Shown here: one piece after another, positions 13,700 through 26,953 of the stretch | Numbering within the stretch: position 1 is the stretch's first letter | How the letters are laid out: every line of letters begins with the position of its first letter | DNA from: Octopus vulgaris | Lineage: Eukaryota | Length of the DNA stretch: 64,000 bases | NCBI GenBank assembly: GCA_951406725.2 | Contig: OX597817.1 | Location: forward strand, 129,890,001 to 129,954,000 | Direction: 5' to 3' | Notes under the pieces: generated by a model | What the model was told of the DNA's origin: nothing | What the model saw: the letters and a program-made list of their open reading frames with translations, nothing else | Database searches by the model: none | Made by a program: the position numbers and the translations under genes

Positions 13700-14651
13700 A
13701 ATGTATACAGTTAGATGGATAGCTAGTTATCAAGCTAACTAGATAGATGGATAGATATACAAATGCATCGGTTTCAGTATGAGAGAGAAATGTAAACAGT
13801 TAATTGGATAGCTTGCAAGACAGACAGACAGGTAGACAGACGGACGGACGGACGGACGGACGGAAGGATGGATATACGAACACATACTCAGTTATGTGTT
13901 ATGTCTCTAGCTCTCTAGCTCTCAAAGCCCACGTCCGCACGCACGCACATACACACACACATGCATGCATGTATGTATGTTTATTTGTCTGTGTGTATGA
14001 AGACACTCATACATACATATGTACAAACATACTTTTATATACGCCGTACTCAACTGTATACTTACCTATGTAACACTTAGAAAATATATGAAAACACATA
14101 TACATACATACATACAGATTGAAATTGATATACATACGTAGCTGATGTAATTTAATTGTACAGATGCAGCTGCAAACACATACACAGGTATACATACGTA
14201 TACGCAAGAATATACACATGTATGTGGAATATTGCAATTAATTATTTCGTGTCGTGAAAAGATCAACACAGACATTTTGTTATTGTAAATATCAGCCAAA
14301 TAATATAAGATGCTAGTTGTTATGGGATAGAAATGATGATGATGATGATGTTGGTGGAGGTGATGATGATGATAATGTTGTTCGAGGTGATGATGATGAC
14401 CATGATGATTATGGTGGTTGTGGTGGTGGTGGTGGTAGTAGTGGTGATGATGATTACGATAATAAGGAGAACGAGGAGGAAGTGAACGAGGAGGGAGATA
14501 ACGAGAAGGAAAGGAGGAGGAGAAGGCGTGGAAGGAGGAGAAGAAAGAGAGGAGAAAAGAGGAGGGTGGAGATGATGATGATGATGATGATGATGATAGT
14601 GGTGATAGTAATGATGTTGATATTTGTGATAGTAATGGCGGCGGTGGTGAT

Positions 14652-15240
14652 TTCTTTTTATTGGTCATAAGTACCTACAACACTGGAAGCACTGCAGCGC
14701 GCGAATGTAGAAAGCAGGACCAACAATATAGATATAATTAAGAAATAACAGTAGCAGGAAAGGATCACCTAAAATGGAGCCGAAAACACATTTGGGTGTT
14801 TCGGGTCATATCTCACAAATCTAAGAATTATTCTAACGCACAAAAGGCGAATGGCTTCTCGTTTTTCTTGCCTGCCTACGTATGTAGTTAGTCACACCAA
14901 GCTTTCCTCTGTCATTCATCGTTGCTAAATTTCTTGGAAGGCATTCCCTCTCACATTCCCTTCACACCTTCAGCAAGATTTTCAAGTGCGATCATTTTAC
15001 AATACTCTTCGTCAAAACTTCCAGACAAAGACTACCTGCTCTTCAAGGAAAAGACAAGGTAGGCAGCATATCACGTGAAATGCCGCCATAGTGTGCTTTC
15101 ATCCTTAACACTCAATATCGCCATGTCCACAAACATGGTCACTAGCGAGTTCGAAACGCATAGAAAGCTTCTCAAAGTTCTTCGTGAGCGCATACAGAGA
15201 ACTTTGGTGTGTTACACAAAAAAAACTGTGTTCAGTCAGT
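14652..15240 (-). mobile_element. Degenerate non-LTR retroelement 3' portion
   Basis: Its terminal ~150 bp recurs as an insertion at 18066-18218; AATAAA at the minus-strand end; only weak resemblance to the L1/Tx1 copy. Confidence 0.5.
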
Positions 15241-15276
15241 CAAACTCTTTACAACACACACACACACACACGCACG

Positions 15277-15341
<65 letters not shown>

Positions 15342-16319
15342 GTATCCATACATATATTATTTAGATACGTATATAAACGTACGTATGTACGTGTGTGTGT
15401 GTGTATATGTGGTTTAAGTATAAAAGATGAAACTAGACATGAACATGTAAGATTTACGTAATATGGCGAAAACAAGGTAAGAAAAGAGAGAAAAAGTTGT
15501 ATTATATTTTGACGAATTGAATAAAGTAGAATGTCTTAAGACAAGCAAGAAATTACGATGAAGAGGTGGTGAAAAGAAGACACGCATTAATGGAAAGGCA
15601 TTAGTGAACAAGAGGATAAAACATTATACAGACAACTTAATTCCATTTACCAATCGACAGCTAAGCATTTTCCTTACACTCAAATACCTTTTAAGCGATG
15701 TTTAATAACTATAGCTCGGAGCTATCAGGAAGAACTATTGCGGAACAAGACAAGAAAATAAGTAACGCATTTAGGCAACTGAATGGTGTTTCGATACAAG
15801 AAATGTAAATAGGAATAAGATTAAGGGACAAGGATGTGCAAGCCTTAACGTCAAGGGGTAAAGAGAGAATAGAAGATATCTAAGAGTTAATCCTTTGCTT
15901 CTCTAAACCATTTTCATAAGTTTGTTCTAAACGTTCACACTTGTTTTCAGACTTTTAGTTACGTACCCGTTTCTTACGTTCTAAGTAATATAAAGCTTCC
16001 CTTTCATAAATCGCAAGTTAATCTGGCGATTGAAAAAGAGAAAATATTGGGAATGTGTAACATATATGATGCACCGACGCCAGAGAACACAGAGCAGGGA
16101 AATGGTTAAAGGTATACGGAAGAAAAGCGAAAAACGGAAAGAAACAACAAAAAAAAAAAACAGGTGGTGAAAGAAGGAGTTAATATATAAGGTTAAGCAT
16201 TCCATAGGCACATGTTTTCTTAGCACACTTCTCAGATGGAGTCAACAAAGTGTGACAAAATATACAACAAGCGTTCCCTTGAATTAGAGGTACAATTCAA
16301 CCAGTAATTGACCAGTTAA

Positions 16320-17028
16320 TGATATTGAAACAGTAAGTCACGACCGGTATGGCTAAATGACTTGCTTCATTTATTTGATTTTCAACTGCTTTGGTGTTTA
16401 AAGTTGGTTCAGAGAGTATTTCACTTCGCTTATCAGTTACATTAGCTCTTTCTATCATTACTGCATTTTCATCAGACCTGGGCTGGTCTATTATTATTTC
16501 TTTTGTAGAAACTTCTTTAGCTGCAACTTTGTCCCCTTTATCCCTTACTGATCGTTTAATTTGGTCAATCCCTAATTCAGTTAGTAATTTCTTTTTCATA
16601 ATGTTTCTTCTGACGTTGGCAAGTATTTTACTGTCTATCTAGGGTCTTCAAGCTGCTTCTGTCTCCAATTTAGGTAGGCTTGTTTAGTATTAGATTTATT
16701 TTGGGGGAAATAAATGGCATGATAGAAGGCCTTAAGAACTTATTTATTATATCCCCTACACCATTTTTTATTCTTTCTTTTGGTTATTTGATGATGAGCG
16801 TGGATGGCCATCTGTTGGAATATTCCGGTTGTGGGGTACTTCTAGCTCCTGTGTTTCGGAAAGATCTCAACCAGTAGCTGAGTGTTCGTACCCAGTCTGG
16901 TTCCTTACTGGAGTATGCAACCTTTGTTTTACCGGGTAACGGCAAAACCGGTTTGTATTTTGCTTTGTTATCATTGAGGTATGACGAGCTTGAACGTTAA
17001 CATTAGGGGATGGATCTGTCTGTTTAGG
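16320..17028 (-). mobile_element. R4/Dong-type LINE 5'/N-terminal fragment
   Basis: Minus translation KW..YNK.VLKAFYHA...YLNWR...ILANVRRNIMKKKLLTELGIDQIK resembles the R4/Dong N-terminal domain. Confidence 0.6.
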
Positions 17029-18470
17029 GTTTCTTGACAGAAAAATACGAAAATTGTTGACAAAGCATAGAATGCACCACCTTAAGGCAAATATAGAATG
17101 AATTTAAATGCCAAGAAAAGAGGATGGCCGTAGACTTTTACAACTGGAATTAACAATGAAGATTGACACAATTGGCCTAAACACCTATCTGAAAAACTCT
17201 GAGGATAGGATGTTAAAATTTGTCTTAAAGCAAGAAAAGAAAGCATCATACTCAGTAACAAAACAAGCAAATAAATATCTAACTGAATTCCAATAACAAC
17301 AAATCCGAGAATTAGACGTACTGGAAACAAGCACAGAAAAAGCTAAGCGTATGAAAAGCAGTGCTAAACTGCTGCCTTAGGTATTCTTACTGATAAATGA
17401 CAAGAAAAACTTCTCAATAGAAAATGCCCAAAGAGGGCTAATAATGCTGGTGTCGACAAAGCTCTTACCCCTCAATGGTTAGTGTGTTCTGGCTTAAAAT
17501 CAGAATCAGAAGGGTTTATCATTCCAGCCCAAGATCAGTGTCTACCTACAAGGAACTACCAGGCTAACATATTAAAGAACAGCCAACATGTCGTGTATGT
17601 AAACAACAAAATGAAACCATTGATCATGTTGTGCCCATGTGCAGTCTTGCGCCTTCAGAGTATCTCAACAGGCATGAGAGAGTAGCACAATATATTCACT
17701 GGGTAATTTGCAAAAACCTGGACCTGCCCCATGATAAAAACTGATGGGGACACTAACTGCCTCCAGTGCTTGAAAATGATCACATCTCACTCCTCTGGAA
17801 CTTCACTGTTCAAACCGACAGAAAGATAGATGCAAATAGGCCAGTCATTATATTGAAAAACTTTAGACAAAGACCATGCCTCCTCGTTGATATGACTGTC
17901 CCAATCGACATAAATGTGCCTGTCAAGATCTACCAAAAACTGAGCAAGTATAAAGATCTTGAAATAGAAATTGGCAAAATGTGGAACCTCAGGACTAAAA
18001 CAATACCTATTTTCATAGGTGCCCTAGAAATGATAGAAAAAGTGGAGACGGCTGATTTCTACCTAGCTCTTTTTATTGGTCATAAGTACCTACAACAATG
18101 GAAGCACTGCAACGCCCGAATGCAGAAAGCAGGACCTACAATGTAAGTATAATTAAGAAATAACAATAAGTAACAGGAAAGGATCTCTTAAAATGGAGCC
18201 GAAAACACATTTGGGTGTACCAGGAAACCTCAAAATAGCAGAAATTCAAAAGATAGTGCTCATGAGAACTTCTCATATCCTACGTAAAATGGTGTCTATG
18301 TAATCTCAAATTTTAAAACAAACATAATTTTCTTGCTTTTTAAAACCTTCTCTAGAAATATATGACACTCTGGGTATAATACCAACTTGAACTTCTAACT
18401 TGTTGTCTCTTGAGTTCTCTGGGTAAAACTTGGAGTCAACTTGTACAAATACAAAGCAAAAGTCAAGCAA
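17029..18470 (+). mobile_element. R4/Dong-type RLE LINE 3' half, decayed, ending in (TAA)n
   Basis: LDRKIRKLLTKHRMHH, LKSESEGFIIPAQDQCLPTRNY, CRVC..ETIDH..C zinc knuckle, RH, RPxII..D..K.SKYKDL restriction-like endonuclease, EIQKIVL..SHILRK. Confidence 0.88.
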
Positions 18471-18479
18471 ATGATAATA

Positions 18480-18577
<98 letters not shown>

Positions 18578-18952
18578 TGTCTTGGTATAAAAGACAGGCT
18601 GCAGCAAAAATTATGTTCAATACCACAGATTTGCTTGTCAGTTGTGTAATCTTAACCAGTTGAGCATTTTACTTAGTGGCTGATATGCGCAGCTCTGATT
18701 ACGAGCAGAAGTAGTGGAGGAGCATCATAGTAATGTTTTGAGAGGAATTCTTTGGGGTTTGCATAATTCACCTCTGGAAACACGGGGGAACAACCCTTAT
18801 TCAGGGGCCTTTCGATCACCATGTCGCGCACATATGGTTGTGATGCATGTGCCTAGTGTACCGTTATCAGACGGGCGGTCATAATAGGTATACTGAGCTT
18901 CGTGTATTTCACCCCAGTGTCACTTAGATGGCATTCGCTGCTCTCTCACTCA
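18578..18952 (+). mobile_element. Short non-autonomous element embedded in (TAA)n/(TAG)n; partial inverted copy at 21421-21522
   Basis: 3' end ...ccccagtgtcact...gctgctctctcactcAATA is the reverse complement of 21421-21522; both adjoin TAA tracts. Confidence 0.65.
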
Positions 18953-18953
18953 A

Positions 18954-19019
<66 letters not shown>

Positions 19020-19971
19020 TAATAATAATGGAACGCCTCCATTTATTTTTGTGTAAACAGAAGATAAAGAGTAAGCGATATTAAGAGCGAAACTCCTAAA
19101 CGCGATAAGCGATAATTACTTTTGCTCAAATTTTGTTGGATGAATTTCTTATGAGTGGCTGTTTTTGTAGGTAGATTGGTGTTTTAATGGGTGGTTGTAT
19201 GCTGTTACTACATATTTGTCTTTTCCATCCTGATTTGAAAGAAGATCGCTTTCATTTCCTAATAGTTGAAAGATGAATAAAAAAAAATAGAAAATAAAAA
19301 AATTGTAGGTCTGGCATCGTTGTCTGTTTTTTTATCTCGTTTCTGAGATATTTCGTGTCTTGATGAGACGAAGCGTTTCAATAACATCTCATTATTCTTC
19401 CCTTACCTACTTGTCGGCGACCAATGTTAACGATTATATCTTTTCTGCCAATATTGTGTCTGACTCGAATGTCACTTACTAAGAACTGACCTTCTTGTCA
19501 TTTCCATGACCAAACTTTCTCCCTTACATTGAATCTTTAAGAGCAATTAACAAAAATCACAGGGTTCTCGATAGGGTTGAAATACAATGTCTTAAGTTTA
19601 GGACTTTACTTATGTGAAACTACATATAATTAGGTAAATATTTACCTTGGTTTATCAGTTTTCACTTCAACTTCGACCATAATTTAATCCTTTGACACTG
19701 TTTTTAGAATATATTCTACGACAGTCATTAAAATTCCCATCGAGTTAGTTTATCTACCACACTTTTTTTCTTTTCGACTTTGTGTCTGTTGCTTGTTGTT
19801 TTCGAAAACTTTCTTTGTTTTGTTTTATGAAACAAAATATATTTTCGGTAAATATCTACTTAAAGTGTCTTATGGTTCTTGCTGTCTCACTTAAAGATTT
19901 CTGTATAATCAGAAAAGATCCGAAATCTTAACTAACCGTTTAAATTTCTTGCAACTGTCCCTTAGGCTCCA

Positions 19972-20108
<137 letters not shown>

Positions 20109-20119
20109 CACCATCATTA

Positions 20120-21218
20120 TTTGAAAGTGTCAGCTGTTCACAACCAGACTAAAGTGACACTTGTTTACTCGTCATTCTTCAAGAACCCCGCGAAGAATTC
20201 TTGCATTTCCAAGCAATGCTGATTTTTGTAGGTGTTCTACTTTACATTTGTACCAATCTTTTTTAACCTTTTACTACTGGCATCACATCTACTCTTCTCA
20301 TTGACCACAACCTTCGTATTTCCCATTTCAAATCGTTGTAGTTTTTCAGTTTTTCTTCTTCTTTCTCTTGGATCCTGTTGTCATCGGGACATGCTATGCC
20401 GATTATCATGCATGTTCTTTCTCTATTTTTTTCACCACAACAATGTCTGGTTTCCGATGTCTGATCAGGTGATCGCACAGAATATTTGCATCCCACAGGA
20501 TTTTGCAATTTTCATTCTCAGTGATTCCTTCTGGGGTTTTCTCATACCACGTTTTTGCTCTTTGTAGGTCGTGATTTCCACATGGCTCACAATGGATCAT
20601 TCTCGTCACATTGTCATGTCGTCTTTTGTATTCACCTTCTGCCAATTTTGGGCATTCGCTAATGATGTGCCATACCGTTTCCCATCCCCACTACCACACA
20701 GTCTGCATTTATCTTCAGGTCACTCCTCCTCACCCATAGCCACCAGTCTTCTGTATGCGCACCAGTCTTCTGTATCTGTCTTAGCGTTTGTATCTCTTAC
20801 AATCTGACCGTACATTTTTTCTAATTCCATGCTGTTTCTTTTTTGTGTACTTTTACTCTTAAGTTTTTCTTTCTTTACACAATTATCTGTTTTAATGACG
20901 CCGGCCTTCTTCACATGCTTCAACAACGGCTTCACGGTATTTTTACATACTATCCTAAGCTGTTTTTCTCTGCTTCGATACAATCCTGGCAACTGATTAA
21001 ACCTCTCCTGCCCTTCTGGACAAGTAGAGCCTATCGGTGTCACTCTTAGGATGGAAGGCTCCGTTAACTGTCAACATTTGTTTTGTCTTCGTATCCATCA
21101 GTTCTTTCTTTTGTCATTTTGTGATTCTAGCTCTATATCAAGGTGATACTATCGGTCATGTATTAAGTGCTTGGATTTTATTCCATCCAGTCAATTTTGA
21201 GCGTAACACCAATATTAG
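20120..21218 (-). mobile_element. R4/Dong-type RLE LINE 3' part, flanked by (TAA)n on both sides
   Basis: NKIQALNT, FHPKSDTDRLY, KCRLC, YKRRHDNV, KILWD...RKPDIVV, EKL..Y.DLK.EI.RLW, LQKSALLG.ARILR. Confidence 0.88.
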
Positions 21219-21235
21219 TTTATTATTATTATTGC

Positions 21236-21341
<106 letters not shown>

Positions 21342-21361
21342 CATTATTATTATCATCATCA

Positions 21362-21420
<59 letters not shown>

Positions 21421-21965
21421 GAGTGAGAGAGCAGTGCATGCCGCCAAAATGACACTGGGGTAAAATATACGAAGCCCAGTATACCCATCATGACTACCCG
21501 TCTGATAAGGGTACACTAGGCACCGCTCCCGTAAGTTTGTTAATTTTTTTGTTACAATGCGTTAGATATTGAATATTTGTTATCGTTTTATAGATAAGCT
21601 AAGAAGGACCTTAGGGAGCCAGTCCTTATGAACTAAATTGGGGTTTGTTTCGTAAACGTGCCTCTCAGCTTTTTTTTAAAAAAGAAAGATGGTGGACGAG
21701 AATCGTCCATCCGCTGCAAAGAAGAGCCAGTTATGTGCAGAACAGAACAACGAATTTGCAAAAATCAGTGACTGCAGTAGCAGTAGCAACAGCAGCAACA
21801 ACAACAGCAGCAGTGGCGGCGGTGGCATAACAACAGCAACAACAACACACACTGCACGGGAAAGTATTAAGCTAATTTTCTGCTGCTAACATTTAAACAC
21901 CCCACCCCCATCACAATGAAAACATAAAAAACAACTATAACACTAGCAAGAAAACTGCCACCTCC

Positions 21966-21997
<32 letters not shown>

Positions 21998-22068
21998 CAA
22001 CAACAATACAACGGAAACAGCGACCGTTCTTGTTTCTAAGCAAAATGGAAACAAGTGTGTTGTAGATA

Positions 22069-23359
22069 TGTTTCTTTATTAGCCACACAGGGCTGCACAC
22101 AGATAGAACAAATTACAAGGTAGAGCTTTTCTTTTGAAGGTTTAAAAAAAAAAAAAGGAAGGGGGAGTTTCGATCAAAAGGGATCGTAAAAGGAGAGAAA
22201 GAGGACAAAAAAGGGGGTTAAAAAAAAGGGGGAGAGGAAGAAAAAAAAAAAGAAGAATTTGATCATTAGGGATCGTTATCACAGAAATGTCAATATGAAG
22301 TGTAAAGGGGAGGACAGGTGAGGTTTACCCGTGGAAAGAAAAGCCTACTGAAAAGACCACGGTAACCTCGGTCAATGGAGTCACATGTTTATATTTCTTT
22401 TTTTTTTTTTTTTTTTTTTTTTGAATAAGCAACTCTCTGTTTTCAATTTCTGGGTTCATAGGATCATGCTCAAGGTGGCTTCGTCATTCATACGTGCCAT
22501 TCTTGCTACATTCACCCATCTTTTTTTAAAACATTCGCTAGACAAAACTTGCCTCTCTACTCTCACTTTCCTTTTCAAGTGGTACTTGAAGAAGTTGATG
22601 AGAGATTGACCAGAGAAGAAAGTGTTTGTCTCCAATCCTTTCAGACGCGTCCACCAGATACATTCTTTCGCCATAGCCACAAGGATGATGAAAATAGCTC
22701 TTCCTTCCCGTTTGAAGGAAGGAGGCGTGACAATATTAACGATAGACTCAGCTGATAAACCGACTCGTCCCACACGTGACAGCAGTTGTTCGACATAAGC
22801 CCACAGGTCGGAAATTGTTGGACACTGCACGAGTGCGTGCAGAACGGTTTCGTCGCTCTGACCGCATCTCGGGCAGGTCGGCCCCCTGTTTCTCGAGCCG
22901 TGTCTGTAGAGCTTATCCCGAACGGGTAGCGCTTCTCGGTAGCACTGCCAGGCCAGGGATCTCTGGAAGTTGTCCATGGGCCCTGGCCCGAAAAGTCGTC
23001 CTGAACAGGCGGGTCAGGTACTCCTCGTCGACGTCCAGGTTCGCCCCGAGCTCGTCGTCGTACCTCCCCTCCACTAAACCCCTATAGAATGCTTTGGTTG
23101 TGTTGAAGTCACTCAAGGTCGACCCAGGACGGCAGAGTTGCTTGAGAGCAACGTGACACTCGCGGTGCCATTCGCCCTTCCTCGGCCTCTTTTTGATCCA
23201 CGACTGCAGTTCGGTCATGGAGACGAGCTGCGGGAAAGCGTGCCTCACAAACGGCGACCACACCTGTTCACCGTCGTCTATATAGAGCCAGAGATGTCGC
23301 AGTCTCAGCGCGTGTCTGCGCATCATCAACCACGGCATGCCCAGCCCTCCTTTTAACGG
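22069..23359 (-). mobile_element. Young 5'-truncated L1/Tx1-clade LINE (ORF2 C-terminus plus 3' UTR) with 12-bp TSD
   Basis: GGLGMP motif, CPRC..ETVLHALVQC zinc knuckle, one frameshift near 22985, AATAAA at the end; GTGTTGTAGATA duplicated at 22057-22068 and 23360-23371. Confidence 0.9.
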
Positions 23360-24570
23360 GTGTTGTAGATAGTAGATAGCGGATGTGTCTCAAAAAAACG
23401 TTAGGTGTTATGCGGGGGATAATCGTACTTAACAAAGAATGGGAGAACAATATTTCTAAACACGCCAAAAGAAATAAGAAGGTACTAGAAGGTACTGATG
23501 ATGGCAGCCGTATTATACAGCACAGAGAATAAAACAACAATTCTCCAAGTGCACCAAATGGGAAAAAAAATGGAATTATGGATACAGACCGATTAAAACA
23601 GTATCGAAGGCATCTCTAACCTAATAAATCTCCCTAATAGTACATAGCTATTCTTAGCAGTCCGGGGTAGAAAGCCTAGACGCCACATTTGTGACGAGAC
23701 AAATCCCTTAAATGCTTTCTGTGGCATTCAAAGAAATGGAAAACTCTCACTGCTGCATACATCTCTAAAACAGCAACATCAGTATCAAATGCAACAGAAG
23801 TAGCACCAACAATACCAACAACATCAGTGCCAGGAGTAGCAGTATCTGAAACAATAACAGCATAAAAAAAGGAGCAGCAGGAAAGCTCCATTCAGCAACA
23901 TCAGAAACGAGCAGCAGTACCACACTCGAGAACAACGATAACATTGCCTACAGCAACGCAATGAAGAGAAAACTCACCCATACCAGTCGACCAAAGCACC
24001 AGGTTAGAAGTGCACGACTGTGCAGACATCATTCTCGCCATTGCCACAGATTTCCACGACTATAGAAACTCGACTAGCCGGATAAACAGTCTGGAAAACC
24101 CACCAGAATCCTGGTGAAAAGAAAGTGAAAAGTTCTGTGTAAGACTGTAAACGAAAAGATTAGAAGAAACACAGAAGCTAATAAAGTATTACACACCTAC
24201 ACACTCTACACCAACACAATTACAAACATCTCCAACACTACAAACACCACCAACATTACAAACGAAAACATATACCACTCCAGACCAATAACACGAACAG
24301 CATTCCCAAGGCATAACTAATTACACGACTGTAGATACAAACAACAAGAACTTGATAAAACATATTCAAAAATACACAGACATCACTCTATCCCCCCGCA
24401 TAACAGCTCTATTTGCATAAAACTGATAAAAACAACACAACAAACTTATTACTATGTATCTTAGCTGCTTAACCACTCTACTGGAATGCAGATTGGACGA
24501 TGATGATAATCTATATAAAGTTCAAAACTTAACAGTAAGAGGCGTACATCCATTTGTAGACACAAGATAC

Positions 24571-24615
<45 letters not shown>

Positions 24616-24637
24616 TATATAATAATTATAATAATAT

Positions 24638-24918
24638 ATATTAGGGAATAAATCCAAATTTACAGGGAAAAATCAGATTTAGGATTGTATCCAATTTTAT
24701 AGTAAAATATATATATATTAAATTAGAGACAAAACCACTATTATGCAAATCAAACAAAGAAAGACTTAAGCCAATACATAAAATAATTTATATAAATTTA
24801 GAAATTTAACAATCATAATTATAATTGTTAAATTTCTAAATTTATATAAATTATTTTATGTATTGGCTTAAGTATTTCTTTGTTTGATTTGCATAATGGT
24901 GGTTTTGTCTCTAATTTA

Positions 24919-24959
<41 letters not shown>

Positions 24960-25066
24960 ATCACGTGACCGACCAGACCATCAGATGTCTCACACATCGC
25001 TGGTCACAATGCGTTCGCATTGTTTTAGCCTTCGAATGACGCCACCCCGCTGGCTAAGCGAGCAGG

Positions 25067-25106
<40 letters not shown>

Positions 25107-25433
25107 TAATATTATATAATAAATTAGAGACAAAACCACTATTATGCAAATCAATCAAAGAAAGACTTAAGCCAATACATAAAATATAAAATAATTTATA
25201 TAAATTAAAATTTAACAAATGAATAACCACTACGATCGTAGTGGTTATTCATTTGTTAAATTTTAATTTATATAAATTATTTTATATTTTATGTATTGGC
25301 TTAAGTCTTTCTTTGATTGATTTGCATAATAGTGGTTTTGTCTCTAATTTATTATAATATAATATTTTATTATAAAATTGGATTCAATCTTAAATCTGAT
25401 TTTTCCTTGTAAATTTGGATTTATTCCCTAATA
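24638..25433. repeat. Nested inverted-repeat complex: palindromes at 24714-24923 and 25115-25356 plus outer inverted arms
   Basis: Read directly; the second palindrome is perfect, with ~121-bp arms centred on TACGATCGTA. Confidence 0.92.
24953..25070 (-). mobile_element. Short retroelement 3'-end fragment inserted in (TA)n
   Basis: GC-richer island with a tandem CACGTGAT tail; an RTE-like assignment is from recollection only. Confidence 0.4.
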
Positions 25434-25469
25434 TTTATTATTATATATAAATATATATATATATATATA

Positions 25470-26262
25470 TAGGGGTAAAATATGAAAAATCAACGAAAAT
25501 GCATATTGCAAATAAAAAAAAGGCTATTTATGATAGGTAACGACAAATATATACATTTAGATGGACTGAGGTAGTAATAAGAGTCATAAAGGTCATTATT
25601 ATGAGATGATTATAAGATGATAATAATAAAGTAAAAGAACAAAGCGAACCATGGTTTCGGCAAAAAGCTATTCATCGCTTTGAAAACACCGTCTAAAACA
25701 CGGTGTCATGTCTAATAGTTTCTGAGAAAAAAGGTTATTTGTAAGGGAGGTAAGTAGTTCTGGATTTAGAGATATGAGTGGTGTTGGAAATGTATAGGGG
25801 TTAGTGGTTTCAATTGAAGAGTTAATGGTGCTCTGTATTGAGTTGTGTGTTCATATTTAGTTGGGGGAGAAATTTATTGATGAAAAATGCCTCTTTATTC
25901 AACATTTGCTGAATTGTGATGTTCTGTGAACATTGGTAAAAGGGAAAGATTTGGAAATTGGGATTAAGATTCCTGGCACACCTTTCTATGTGTTCACTCA
26001 CCTTTAACTGCCTGTATTGTGGGTGACGGATTTGCTCTTTGTGAATGGTGACTCTTTGACGGAGCAAAATTCCTGTTTGTCCAATATAGAGTTTACCACA
26101 TCCTATGCATGTAATGACAATATAGAGTTTATCACATCCTATGCATGTAATGACAATATAGAGTTTACCACATCCTATGCATGTCATGACATAGATTACA
26201 TTTACTGAGGCGCAGGTGAAATTTGATTTGATCTTAAATATGTTTCCTTGTTTGAAGTGAAA
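25470..26262 (-). mobile_element. Penelope-like element 3' fragment: GIY-YIG domain plus 3' UTR, flanked by (TA)n
   Basis: FTCASVNVIYVMTCIGCGKLYIGQTG..LRQRVTIH...SEH...KEAFFINKFLPQLN (ORF 25822-26289). Confidence 0.9.
25642..25680 (-). ncRNA. Hammerhead motif, family 3 (A3-U8 core)
   Basis: Minus strand: AAGCG-ATGAATA-GC-TTTTT-GC-C-GAAA-CCATGG-TT-CGCTT. Confidence 0.6.
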
Positions 26263-26325
26263 TATATATATATATATATATGCATACATAAAATGCTAAA
26301 ATAATTTTATCATGAAGAACATTTT

Positions 26326-26359
26326 AGTACTGGTTTCAGTCTTTGCGACTTTTTCAACT
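26326..26359 (-). ncRNA. Hammerhead motif, family 2
   Basis: Minus strand: AG-TTGAAAA-AGTC-GCAAA-GACT-GAAA-CCAG-TA-CT. Confidence 0.65.
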
Positions 26360-26364
26360 TATAA

Positions 26365-26953
26365 AAAAACAAAAGCATGTTCGGTTGGAGGGGGGATGCT
26401 TGAGTTTCTTCAAAAGCTTCATAGCGCAGGCTTTCCACTTGTCTTTGATGGGTCGGGATAAAAATTAGCCTTCTCTGATCTTGTATGAGGAATAACTATT
26501 GTCTTCATGCACTACCTGCCTGACAAGAAACTCAGATACTCCAATGTCCCTAGCAATGAACCTGATTGACTTGGAGGGATCGTTGTCAATCATGGCCTGG
26601 ATCTCACCAACAAATTCTTATCAGAACGATCAGAGTGAGTTTTCTGAGCTGCCTTACCTTCGTAATCACCATTAGACTCATCCAACTCTTTCCGAATCCT
26701 CTGCATTGTCATCAGATTGACACACAAACACTCTGAAATGTTCGTATTGGAGCTTCCGGCACGAATTCCAAGCAGTACAGAATGTCGTTTCCAAATTTCT
26801 AGCAGAGTAAATTGCATCAGGGTACTGTTTTCCTCACAGACGGTGTCCAACTGACCCTACTATACTGTATAGTCGATAAAATCAAAAACAAACAATACAC
26901 ATGCACAAAATTAAAAATACAAAATGGTGACAATTTATCCATCGCATCCTGTA
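26365..26953 (-). mobile_element. Tc1/mariner transposon 5' remnant: TIR plus N-terminal HTH region
   Basis: End TA-CAGGATGCGATGGATAAATTGTC matches the TIR of 47701-48583; translation ..IQAMIDNDPSKSIRFIARDIGVS..VVHED. Confidence 0.82.

Noticed and set aside
23940-24575. Possible LINE ORF1 remnant
   Set aside because: Many stops and no diagnostic motif that I can support.
26082-26189. 36-bp repeats of CRISPR-like length
   Set aside because: Head-to-tail with no spacers, inside a GIY-YIG frame, in eukaryotic DNA.
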